In this document: piece by piece, positions 1 to 10,999 of the stretch
Layout of the letters: every line of letters starts with the position of its first letter
Position numbering within the stretch: the stretch's first letter is position 1
DNA from: Mobula hypostoma
Taxonomy: Eukaryota
Length of the DNA stretch: 64,000 nucleotides
NCBI RefSeq assembly: GCF_963921235.1
Contig: NC_086097.1
Span: 129,644,001-129,708,000, forward strand
Direction of reading: 5' to 3'
Notes under the pieces: generated by a model
Database searches by the model: none
Seen by the model: the letters and a program-made list of their open reading frames with translations, nothing else
Told to the model about the DNA's origin: nothing
Program-made: the position numbers and the translations under genes

Positions 1-399
1 TTCCCTACTTGAGATCACGAATGCACTAGAAGATTTGGTGCAAGGCTGCTATCACATTGAAATTGAGTACTAAATCAAATTCTTTCAAAACTAATATTGT
101 CTTTGTGATAAAAATGCACTTAAGAGTGGGAGAGTTACTGCATTTTAATCGTAGCTGAGAGAGATGAATGATGAGAGAAAAACATTTTGCTGGAACTCGA
201 CAGTTGTTGGAAATGAGATGTACAGGAATGCTGAAGGTACTAATTAGATTGGTAACATTGGTAAGGGAGGAAAAGCTGATGTAATGGTTACAGAAGAACA
301 ACCTTGCTTCAGAATTTACCAGTTCTGACATATCCAGCTTTTTCTCTTTATCTGAAAATGTTCAATTTAGTTTTGAGTCCCAACTGCTATGGTGTGCTG

Positions 400-1900
400 G
401 ACAAGCTGAAGTACTATTTCTTGAGTTTTCATTAGGTTTCATTGAAACATTGTAGAATGCGCAAGATGGAGAGCAGTGGGGTGGAAAATTAAAGTGATTG
501 GAAGCTGGGATTACCCTGCTGGACAGATGGAGCTGTTCTGTGTCCTTTATTTTAGAGGTGACTACTTTGTGAGTGCAAGAGGCTAAATTGGAAGAACACC
601 ATAATAATAGTCACTTCACGGAGAAGAACTTCCTGAGTGGCCAAGTGGTGCTGGGGAAGGAGGTGAAAGGGCAGGAGTTGCATGGGAATGTGCTGTGAGA
701 AGAGTAGTTGGAGGAATGAACCAAGGCATTGGAGTAGCTGTGGTCAGGTGAGGAGAAGGTGCGTATGTTGGAAGAATTTAATTTCAAGGCAGCAAAAATC
801 ATGGAGGATGATCCATTGCATATGGACAGTGGAAAGTGCAAACCCTATCCTTGCTGGGAGGAGAGGAGATGAGAACAGAAATACATAGTGGACAGGAGGC
901 CATTGTGGCAGCACGCTTGAATGCAGCGGTGCCTATGGCTCTAACCAAAGGTGTAATTGTTAGTCCTTTGCATCTTTTTCACGATCGCAAGACACTGTTG
1001 GTTATTAGGAACACCAAGTACTGCAGGTCTTCCCCCACTAGTGAATCGCTGAATAGGAGTGGAGCTGGACTTGTGCACCATATCTAATGGACAGTGCAAG
1101 ACCCTGCTGGACATTAGCAGTGTAGAACACTGCGAGTCCAATTCACTGTTTAATTAGGGAGACCGACAGTGTTCACCAATTGGGCCACCAGTGGCGGCTT
1201 TGGTTGCATTGTGGACCAGGCCCTTGTGCCTCAGGGTCACCTGTTGCAGCTGCTGAGGTAGGAGACAGGAGTTGACTATGTGCCGCTGAGTTCCACGCCG
1301 GGTTGCCGACTGGCTCTTACTATCGGTGCTACCTGCAGTGTTCGCTCAATGGAAGACGAGCTGGATTGCGTTCATCTGCAGCTGTACTGTGTGATATTAG
1401 GAACTGCCGTGGGCTGTTCTTGCAGAAACATGGCTCCAAGGCAATATATATGCACCATTAATCTACAGGCCATGAAGCTCAGACTTGGGCTATATTATTA
1501 TTCTTTTTGTTATAACTGTTTTTCTGCTTCCATAATGATATGTGATACATGTGCTGTTGGTTCTGCATTTTGCACCTTGGCCCCATGAGGAACGCTGTTT
1601 TGTTTTGGCTCTATTCATGTGTGTGGCTAAATGACAGTTAAACCTGGGCTTGAACTTTAAATTGAAATACATTTCAGAAGCATTGGTGTGAAAAATGCTT
1701 ATTTAATAGAACTGGAAAACCTTAGAGAATGGAATGAAGCAGGATAGGGGGGAGGTAGAGTCAAGGTACCCGTGGGAGTTTTTGGGCTTCTGATGCATAT
1801 TCGCTCCTACCCTAACTCCTGAGATAGAAATGGAGGAGAAGAAGAAAGGGAAGAGTGAAGTCACATGTGGAGCACGTAAAAGTGAAAACAGTGGAATACG
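400..1900 (-). mobile_element. Old, fragmented Penelope-like element (GIY-YIG and RT-thumb remnants) interrupted by other insertions
   Basis: Decayed similarity of about 420-560 to the minus-strand GIY-YIG region at 60950-61100, and of about 1740-1895 to a PLE RT-thumb-type segment. No intact ORF. Confidence 0.45.
1180..1670 (+). mobile_element. Short internally deleted Rex1/Babar-derived element
   Basis: APE-like remnant (SMEDELDCVHLQL...AETWL) joined to a T-rich 3' UTR ending ttgaactttaa. Confidence 0.5.
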
Positions 1901-3099
1901 ACAGCAGTCATAACAAAATGCTTGAATTGTGTATGATACCTACAATAAAAGTCAATAGTCACAATGACAGAACTATTGGACTGTCTGAAACACATGTGGT
2001 TCACATGTCCTCCCAGGAAGAGAATGTAGCATCATTAGCCAGTTGGACCTGTGTATATACAGGTCACATCTATCTGGTTGACTCTGAAGTGGCCTGGTAA
2101 TCCATTTCCATTCAAGTTCAATGAGCAATGTCCTTCATTTAACAGTGATGCCCCGATCTAGGGAAATCAATTTAAAGAAAAACCCAAAACCCACAATTAC
2201 TTTAAAAAAAAATTTTGAATTAGCATCACTAACATAGACAGGGAGAGAAATATATTAGAGAGAAACAGTTTGCACAAAAAATCAGTAAGGATTAAGCATA
2301 TTAACATCAATGGTGTTAATTCAAACTTTATCTCAGTGAGAATTAATGAAGGTGTGTCCTATGATATTACTGCATAATTGGATTCCAGGTTCATTGTCAT
2401 CAAAAGCACAAAGCAAAATTTGGTCGGTGTGTGGCAATGATTTGGAGACTGTAGAAGGATTTGTACTTCAGATGGTTACCTGCTTGAAAGGAGTGTCATC
2501 TCTATAACTCTGGGAGATCTGGTTGGGGCCAGTCAAAGCAGATGCTAATCTTGGTAATGTTGTTGCAGAGAATAGACATTAAATTAGGGAAATTTGTACA
2601 AGAAGCTTTGGGCTTGAATGTGCACCTAGCACCAAAGCAATGATGTTACTGCTGGATTCTTGGCTTCCTGCAAAAATCTAGTGTTCACTGTAGCAAAATC
2701 TTGTTTTCCAATTTGAGGTTGTGGTCAGGCACAATCAATTCAAGGGGACTGTTGGCATGCAGTGGCGGTCATGACTTCATATAGGTGGAACAGCCAATCC
2801 CATTGACAAATTCTCTCAATGTTCCAGAAAGAAATAAAGCAATTATTAATTAAATTATCTATTTCACAGAGCAATAAATAAAAGATTTTGTGTTGCTTCC
2901 TAGTGAGAGTGCAAGCTTTGCTTTTGATTTCCAAAAAAAACTAAGTTTGCTTTATAGACTCAATACTAGTTTAATGTACAGAATCAGTGAACAGATGGAA
3001 AATAAGTATGATTAAGATAGAAGCTAAAATATTTCAAAGACAAAAAACTAAATCAAATCCAATTTGTGGAAATATTGACATTAGAATCTATAAAAATAT

Positions 3100-3515
3100 T
3101 AATAAAATTACACAGCTGACTGTGCCCAACTGAAGTCGACATGCTGCAGTTCTGCAGATTGCAATAGCAGTGTTCTATGTGGGTGTAATGGGGTAAGCTC
3201 CAAAGCTGCTTTTCAAATAGACTTGATTGTTCTGTATTGTGGAGTATACCTCCTCTGGGATAATGATCCAAAAGTGCAAGTGTATCTGCACCCTATAGGC
3301 TGCAGCAATGACTGGCTTCATGGCTGGGGAATCACTTTTGTGAACTTCAATTCTGAATGTTATTTGTTTATTTTTATTATTTGCACAATTGTGTTTTTTC
3401 CCCCCCCTGCAGATTGGGTATTTGATGGTTTTTTAAAAATAGGTTCTATTGGGTTTGTGGCTGCCTATAAGGAGACTAATCTCGAGGTTGTATACATTGT
3501 ACTTTGAACTTTGAG
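3100..3515 (+). mobile_element. Short non-coding retroposon with Rex-type 3' tail
   Basis: 3' end ...aatctcgaggttgtata...actttgaactttga resembles the tails at about 20140 and 44835. The 5' boundary is approximate. Confidence 0.45.
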
Positions 3516-3538
3516 TCATTGAATATATTCAAGGGTAT

Positions 3539-3850
3539 AATAATAATAGGCATGTTAGTTTCATGAGACGATGGATTTGCGCCTTGAAAGGTTTCCAGGA
3601 CGCAGGCCTGGGCAAGGTTGTATGAAGGACCGGCAGATTCCCATGCTGTAAGTCTCCCCTCTCCATGCCACCGATGTTGTCCAAGGGAAGGGCACTAGGG
3701 CTGATACAGCTTGGCACCGGTGTCGTCACAGAGCAGTGTGTGGTTAAGTGCCTTGCTCAAGGACACAACACGCTGCCTCAGCTGAGGCTCGAACTAGCGA
3801 CCTTCAGATCACTAGACCGACGCCTTAACCACTTGGCCACGTGCCAACAC
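3539..3850 (-). mobile_element. tRNA-derived SINE
   Basis: Minus strand has Pol III box A TGGCCAAGTGG, box B GTTCGAGCC, a central gtccttgagcaaggcacttaac block and a (TAT)n tail. 13-bp TSD tattcaagggtat at 3526-3538 and 3851-3863. Second copy at 56434-56750. Confidence 0.9.
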
Positions 3851-4359
3851 TATTCAAGGGTATGATAAATGGTTTTTGTTTAACTAAGGAGTCTAGGGCT
3901 GTAGGAATTGGACAGGAAAATAAGGATAGGTTTATTTTAATTTCCTGGCTTAGATATCTTGTTATATCTTAAGTCACCGGCAATTTAACGTGCTTGATTA
4001 ATTGTATGTCGACTTGATTTGGCACCTTCAAATATTTATGAACAAATATCACCAAGTGACTGGTTTTGCACTCTTTCATTTATTATATAGATCTAATTTG
4101 TCCAACCATATGTATCCTACAAAATGTTCAAACAAATTGGGAAAGTTGTTGGGCCCAGTGGCATATTTTAGTGCAGTACATGCTAACTTTTTAACAGACT
4201 CTTGTATTTTTATTGTTCTATCTCTAATTTGCAGCTTTAGTACATTCGTCAAATTTTGCATCTTAGGAAAATGGGATATTGTTTTTTCACTTCATTCAGA
4301 AGTTTAGTTTCAAGGGCCACTTAGCAGTTTTTGTTCTCTCTCTCTCCCTCCTTCCTTTT

Positions 4360-6240
4360 TGTGTCCGTCACCCATTGAACATTGTCTTGTACAATATTAC
4401 TTCCTGTAAGGTCGGCTGGCGAAGTGGCAGTGACCCTTCACTTCTGGATGAGCTCAGTGCCTTTTATGCACACTTTGACAGGGAGAAATATGATATACCC
4501 ATACAAGCCTCCACATCACTGGATGGTCCTGTAACCTTACTTTCTGAAGCTCACATCCAGGCATTCTTTAAAAGAGTGAATTCATAAAAGGCATCTGGTC
4601 CAGATGGCACACCTGGCTGAGCACTAAAGATCAGTACAAATGTATTCAACCTCACCTACTGAGGTCCTCACCTGCTTCAAAAAAGGAATCTATGTTTCAG
4701 TCTGAAGAAGAGCATGGTGACTTGCCTCAATTACTACCATCCAATAACACATCAACCACAATGATTGGTTATGGTGCATATCAACTCCTGCCTCAGATGA
4801 CCTGGATCCACTCCAATTTGTCAACCACGCATGCATTTTCTCTGGGTCTTCACTCTGCTTTGGCCCACCTGGACAATATGAACTTGTAAGTCAGACTGCT
4901 GTTCATTGACTGCAGCTCAGCGTTCAAAACAGTTGTCCCATCCAAACTCAGTGTCAAGCTTCAGGACCTGGGCCTCTGTACCTCCCTCTACAAATGGATA
5001 CATAATTTCCTAATCAGCAGGTCTCAGTTAGTGAGGATTAGTAACATCTCACTGACCATCAGCATAGGTGCACCTCGAGACTGTGTGTTTAGTCACCTCT
5101 CAAATCTCTATACCCATATAATTGTGTGACTAAGCACAGCGCTTATGCCATCTTCAAATTTCCTTAGGATCACAGGTGGTGGTGAGTCAGCACACTGGAT
5201 TGAGGTAGGTCACCTGGATGAGGAGTGCCACAAAAACCACCTCTCACTCAATGTTAGCAAAACTAAAGAACGGATTGAAAAAGAATCTAATTTTTTCCTG
5301 GCATATATGACAAATAAACTCTTCTCAGACTTCCTACTGGGTACAGGTATCGATTATGACCAACTTTTCGATGACAAACTCTGCCATCTTCTTCAGACAT
5401 CATCCCTGAAGAAGCTGACAGAGTTTGTCTTTGAAACACCGGTTATAATCAATACCTGTACCCAGCTGGGAGCCTGAGACTGTTCACTTCAGGAAGGGGA
5501 AGGAAGTCAAACATGCACCAGTCTACATTTGGTGAATCAGTGGTGGAGAGAGTCAGCAGCATTCAAATTCTGGGTGTCAAAATATCAGTTGACCTGTCCT
5601 TGTACCAGTACATAGATGCAATCAGAAGGAAAGCAGGCCACTAAACACTTGAACAAACTTCTGCAGATGTACTGATCGAAGTATCCTGACTGGTTGCATC
5701 ATGGTCCAGAATGGCAATTTAAATGTGCAAGAACTGTACCTGATGTACATATGTGTATACAAAACAATTATGTATACAACTTGGTGTTCGGGCAATATCC
5801 TCCCACATTTACCCCCTTTTATTGTTTGTGCATTGTGACAGAGACACAATATAAAGATTTCTACTCCCTTGGATGCAAGAAATAAAATAAATACAAATAC
5901 AAATTAATAAGCTGCAGAGAGTAACTCTGCCTAATGTATCAGCGACACATTCCTCGCAACCATTTGTAGACTCTACAGGAACCACTGCCTTGTGAAGGCA
6001 ACGTTCGTCATCGTGCCTTCTTCTCACAGCCACCATCATGCATGAAGTACAGAAGCTGAAAGTCCCACAGTACCGGGTTCAAGAACAGCTATATGCTTTC
6101 AACCATTCAATTTTTGAACCAACATGCAAAACCTTAATCATTCTGTTTAGCAATGCTATGAACACTTTGTCCATTTAGCACTAAAATTGATATTTTAATT
6201 TTTTTTTTGTAAAAATAACATGTAATTTGTTTTTATTTTG
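4360..6240 (+). mobile_element. Decayed Rex1/Babar-type LINE (RT region) with nested insertions
   Basis: Remnant motifs LLDELSAFYAHFD, LLFIDCSSAFKTV and LSLNVSKTKE, with many stops. Confidence 0.75.
5312..5485. mobile_element. Fold-back Penelope-like mini element (family 2) with two inverted hammerhead-like cores
   Basis: Inverted arms about 5323-5396 and 5406-5479 with a 9-nt spacer. Each arm has CTGAAGA-A-stem II-GAAA. It interrupts the surrounding Rex1-type LINE. Confidence 0.7.
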
Positions 6241-6299
6241 TAAGTGCTGTTTAGTCCATCTGCTGTTCACTCTTCACTCTCCAAGCAAAGAAAATAATG

Positions 6300-6860
6300 C
6301 TCAGTGGCCAGTTTAGTAGGTACATGCATATATACCTGCTCATCAATGCAAACATCTAATCAAGCAATCATGTGGCAGCAACTCCATGCTTAAGAGCATA
6401 CAGACAAGGTCAAGAGGTTCAGTTATTGTTCAGACCAAACATCAAAATGGGAAGAAATGTGATCTAAGTGACTTTGATCGTGGAATGATGTTGGTGCCAG
6501 ATGAGGTGGTTTGAGTATTTCAGAAACCATGGACCTCTTGGGATTTCCACTCATGAGTCTCAAGAGCAGGGGTTCCCAATCTTTTTTGTGCCATTAAGCA
6601 AGGTGTCTGGGAACCCCTGCTCTAGAGTCTACAGAAAATGGTGCAAAAACAGAAGAAACATCCAGTGAGTGGCAATTTTGTGGACAAAAATGCCTTGTTA
6701 ATGAGAGAGGTCAGAGGATATTGTCCAAACCTGTTCCAGCTGACAGGAAGGCAACAGTAACTCGCATTGTACCAGTGGTGTGCAGACGAGCATCTCTGAA
6801 CACAAACACGTCAAACCTTGAAATTGATGGGCTATATCAGCAGAAGGCCATGAACTTGCA
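6300..6860 (+). mobile_element. Tc1-like DNA transposon remnant
   Basis: Starts with ctcagtggccagtttagtaggtac. Encodes a decayed N-terminal HTH MGRNVI/CDLSDFDRGM..GAR*GGLSISET.DLLGF (frameshifted). Confidence 0.75.
6567..6619. mobile_element. 53-bp hAT (Charlie-type) mini-MITE
   Basis: TIRs CAGGGGTTCCCA / TGGGAACCCCTG. 8-bp TSD ctcaagag (6559-6566) and ctctagag (6620-6627) matches the NTCTAGAN target. Confidence 0.85.
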
Positions 6861-8564
6861 GCATGTAGGTTGTTGGATAGGTACCATACTTTGTTACTTT
6901 GCACAAGGCGTATAAATGTAAACTTTCACAGCTTTATTGGAATAAATGTTTTTTATTTGTTTATAGAATTATTACAGAGTGGAACCAAAGATTTCGTTAC
7001 ACTCAGACATCATTTGGCTCATCAAATTTTGTATTGCAATGTGGACCCAATCAAGGAGAATACTTTTCTCTATAGATATAAAGATTTTTTTAAAAAATTA
7101 TTATTTAAAACACGTGAAAATGTGTATCTCTGTCAAGGGAAGAATAGGCTTTAAATATAGTTTAGGTGCTGGCCTGTAGCACAAACTACCAAGAATAATT
7201 GGTACACATGAGACCGAGAAACTAAGAGTTCTCTAGTTCTGCTTATGAGAACTTCTGACAGGATATTGCTCAGTAACTTTTAACTTGCCTATATAAGACC
7301 CAGATAGTCATGTAAAACCCAAAATTATGTAATGAGGGGAAAAGAATCAGAAGCATTGTCAGCAAATCTATTTAGAGTCAGTTTGTTGTTTAAGCTAGAA
7401 AAAAATAAACCCAGACATAAACTACCATTGTAACATCAAGGGTTTAATGTTGAAGAATTTTCTTTTAAGAGCTGTCTTCTTTTCCCTGTGGTTAAGTGTT
7501 TGACTCTACTTTAGTTTCTTCCTGATGAGGTTGCTGTTTAACACTGAGGTTATGGGCAAGAGTGTATATCTTTTAAATATATATATATTTATCAATATCC
7601 TTAAACATTAGGACAGCAGGTCACTTGTAAACAATATACCTTTTGCAGTTTGAAAATGAAATCAACATTGTACTTGGTTGGGGAGATATTTCTAATAATA
7701 CTTATTATATTTCTTTAAATTGGTTCTAATAAGTTGCGTAGGTAAGGTGGAAGGTTAAAAATTGGGAATGGCAAAGGCATTCATAGTTCACTAGACTCTG
7801 GATCAGAGAAGAATAGTTTGGGATATTGTCTTAATGACAGTAACCTAGGGCACAGAATTTTTTCTGAGCCACAAAAAAATACACTGAACTGGTGAGACAT
7901 CAGGGTTTGTGCATTATATGTGCAACCCCCCCTCCTCACCTCCCAGCATTATTCTATTGCACATAAAACCCAGGGATCATGTGAAATTAAAATGAGTAAC
8001 AAGAGACAACTGGATAATGACAGGTCGGGTTGTGGTGTGACTGAGGGAAGCCAAGGGAAGTTCACATCTTGTTGGCATTAGATTAAGATAATGATGGCTG
8101 CATTTGAGCATTTGTGAAGGAATGTGGAATCAGTGACATGACCATGTAGGTTGTACACAGGGTGTTGGGTACATGGAATGAGCTTCCAGTGAAAACTGTA
8201 GAGCCAGGTACAATTTCCTTTAAAAGACATTTTCACGAGTACATGGGTCAAATGCAGGCAAATGGGATATGGGATTAGATCAGATGGGTACCTTTATTGG
8301 CATGGACGAGTTGGTCCAATGGGCCTTTTTCCATGATGCCTAACTCTGATGTCAGGGCTTTGAAGATGTCAAGCATCCTTGAGTCCAGTATTGAGTTTGA
8401 AAGGTATTCACATGGGGTGTGCTTTGAGTTAGGTGTGCGCCTGTGAGGGACAAGTTCAAAATCTAAAAAGATCATACCTGTGTGAGGGTCCATATGTTGG
8501 CCTTGGCAACAATGAAGCAAGTCAGTCTGGTTCCCTTTGTGTAGCAATGCACAGCAGAATTTCT

Positions 8565-9390
8565 AGATAGATAGATAGATATACTTCATTAATCCCAAGG
8601 GAAATTTGGTTTTGTTACAGCCACACCAACCAAGAATAGAGCGTAAATATAGCAATACAAAAAACCCCAACAATCAAACAACAAAATGCAAAACTATGCC
8701 AGATGGAAAATAAGTCCAGGACCAGTCTATTGGCTCAGGGTGCCTGACCCTCCACGGGAGGAGCTGCACGTTCGATGGCCACAGGCAGGAACGACCTCCT
8801 GTGCCGCCAAGTGTTGTATCACGATGGAATGTGGCCGAAGTCCAACAGTAAGAAGTTCAATATCCAGTCTGCAAACACGTTCCTCGATTATAATATACCC
8901 CGGATTGCACCATCCGTTGTTAGCCAGATCAGTAAGCACCCCACTCCTTCACGCCGCTACCGCTCTCGGTGCACTTCCTGTCAGGCAGAACGGTATTACC
9001 CACCCAACTCCTCTTCTCCAAAAGTCTCTGTTGTCTTGACCCGGTCCTTTTTCCTCGGCTTTGTGATTCCCCCTCTGTGTGTTTTCCTCCAGATTTCAGC
9101 AGGGGTGTCTGCCGCTCTGTTCGCTAAGCCGACCGGAATTTGCTGGTCCGTGGAATACACAATGCGACCTTGCTTCTGTCCCGCGTGTCAGGAAGTAACC
9201 ATTTCCAGTGCTAAAGAAAACCCAAATAAAACTCTCTCTAACAGCATATTAGAGAGGGTGCAGCTTCGACGTGTTACCGTGAGAAAAAAAATACCAAAAA
9301 ATAATGTAAATTAAAAAGTAGGAAGAAGAAAGTAAAAGAATAGATCGGAACGGCTGTACCAGGCTGCATGCACGACCGGCGCATGCGCAC
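8565..9390 (-). mobile_element. Bipartite, internally deleted Rex1/Babar non-autonomous retroposon
   Basis: (TATC)n tail, APE fragment NNGWCNPGYIIIEERVCRLDIELLTVGLRP fused to the RT C-terminal RRSFLPVAI, and a 6-bp TSD atttct (8559-8564 / 9391-9396). Confidence 0.75.
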
Positions 9391-10999
9391 ATTTCTGGGC
9401 CAAGAGCAATGTTTTTGTGCACAGTGCCGACTGCAAACTTGGGCATGAATACAAAAACTGCTCTGAAAGGTGAAACGTAACCTTTTAACTGGGAAGGTTG
9501 AAGTACAATAATAAAAGATAAAGGTATATTTGTCAGTCTTGGTCAGATCCTATCAATGTTCAGTTCCACTTGACAAGATTCAAGAGAACTGTTGTGGATA
9601 TTTTTAAATTCATTTTAAAGGATGTGGGCTTTGCATACAAGGCCATTATTTATTTCCTACTCAACAGTTCTTGAAGCTGATGGTAAGCTCACATCTTGAG
9701 TCACCATTATAATCCTTATGAAGGTGGTTTATTTATTTTTCTCCCCCAGTGCTTTTGGGTTATGACTTTCAGGACATGGTTCCATTGATGAAGAGCAACA
9801 ATGTGTTTCCAAGTTTAAGATATCTTATGACATAGATGACCTGCAAGTGTGTTTGCTGCTCTTGTCATTGATGGTAGAGGGCAGGTTCATTTTGTTGATA
9901 GTACCAAAGGGCTGGAATGTTTAGGGTAGTGGATGGGATGCCAATGAGGCAGACTGTTTTGTTTCTGTATGTTGATCAGTTTTATTGATTGTTACCGTTG
10001 GGCTTGTTGAGGAATGTGGAGAATATACAAACACTCCTGACTTGTGCCTTGCAAAAAAATTGTGGGGTTTTATAAAGTGGGTTAGTAACTGCACAACCTT
10101 GTCCTTTGATCTGCTGTTGTAGTCAATATATTTATGCAGCCGGGCCAGTAGAGGTTCTCGTTAGTGATGAGCAGTTTTCCATATTGAATTCCTGTCATCA
10201 CCAAACAATATATAATTACCTTGTGGTTATTTTAGTAACCTACAGTAGTTTTTATGTCTTGCATTGTACTAGTGCCACAAAACAACACATTTCATGAAAT
10301 ATGTATGTGAGTGATAGTAATCCTGATTCTGGATAGTTAGGATGAAGAGCACATTTTTAATGTGTTTGAGTATTATAAAGGATACAGACATGGGATTAAC
10401 TATAAAAGGTTTTATACACTTGGTGTGCACTTCCCTGAAATTTGAAAGTGCGGGGTATTATTTAAGATGTAAAGGATATTTTGGGGATAGATATAGATAT
10501 ATCCTGACATGTATTCTTGCATCAGGAGCATAAACAAAAGATCATTATTCTGAAGCAAATGTACAGATTTATTAGAATGAAGAGCAGACATAGAAAGCGG
10601 AACCAGCTACTTTTTGTTTCTGATTTCACTTTGTGCAAAAAGTCTAAAGCTTATCTCCTGTTTGCACCATTTCACCCCACTCCTCGTCACCACTATATTT
10701 GCTGATCTAAACTTCTCAAAACGGCTTAAGAACTTAAAATAGCAGATTCGCTCCATGTCTATAATCTTTTCAATGCTAAAAGCAGTTTTTTTAATATAAC
10801 TTGCTATCTTCCTGAAATAGCTCCCTATGCATCTCCACTTTCCACCTGTCATTCACTGTTTTACATTCGGCTGTGTAGATTCTAACCTTTGAGTTTCGCT
10901 CTAAACCTCTATCCTTCAACCCTGCTTAAAGCTTGCCTCGGTTGATTAAGGTGGCTATTAACTTCTCAACATCTCCTTGGGTTCAAATCAGTGAACATT

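Noticed and set aside
3770..3850. tRNA gene
   Set aside because: It is the head of a SINE with a TSD and a second copy, and I see no complete cloverleaf acceptor stem.
8775..9314. 179-aa plus-strand ORF as a host gene
   Set aside because: It lies antisense within the Rex-derived element and has no recognisable domain.
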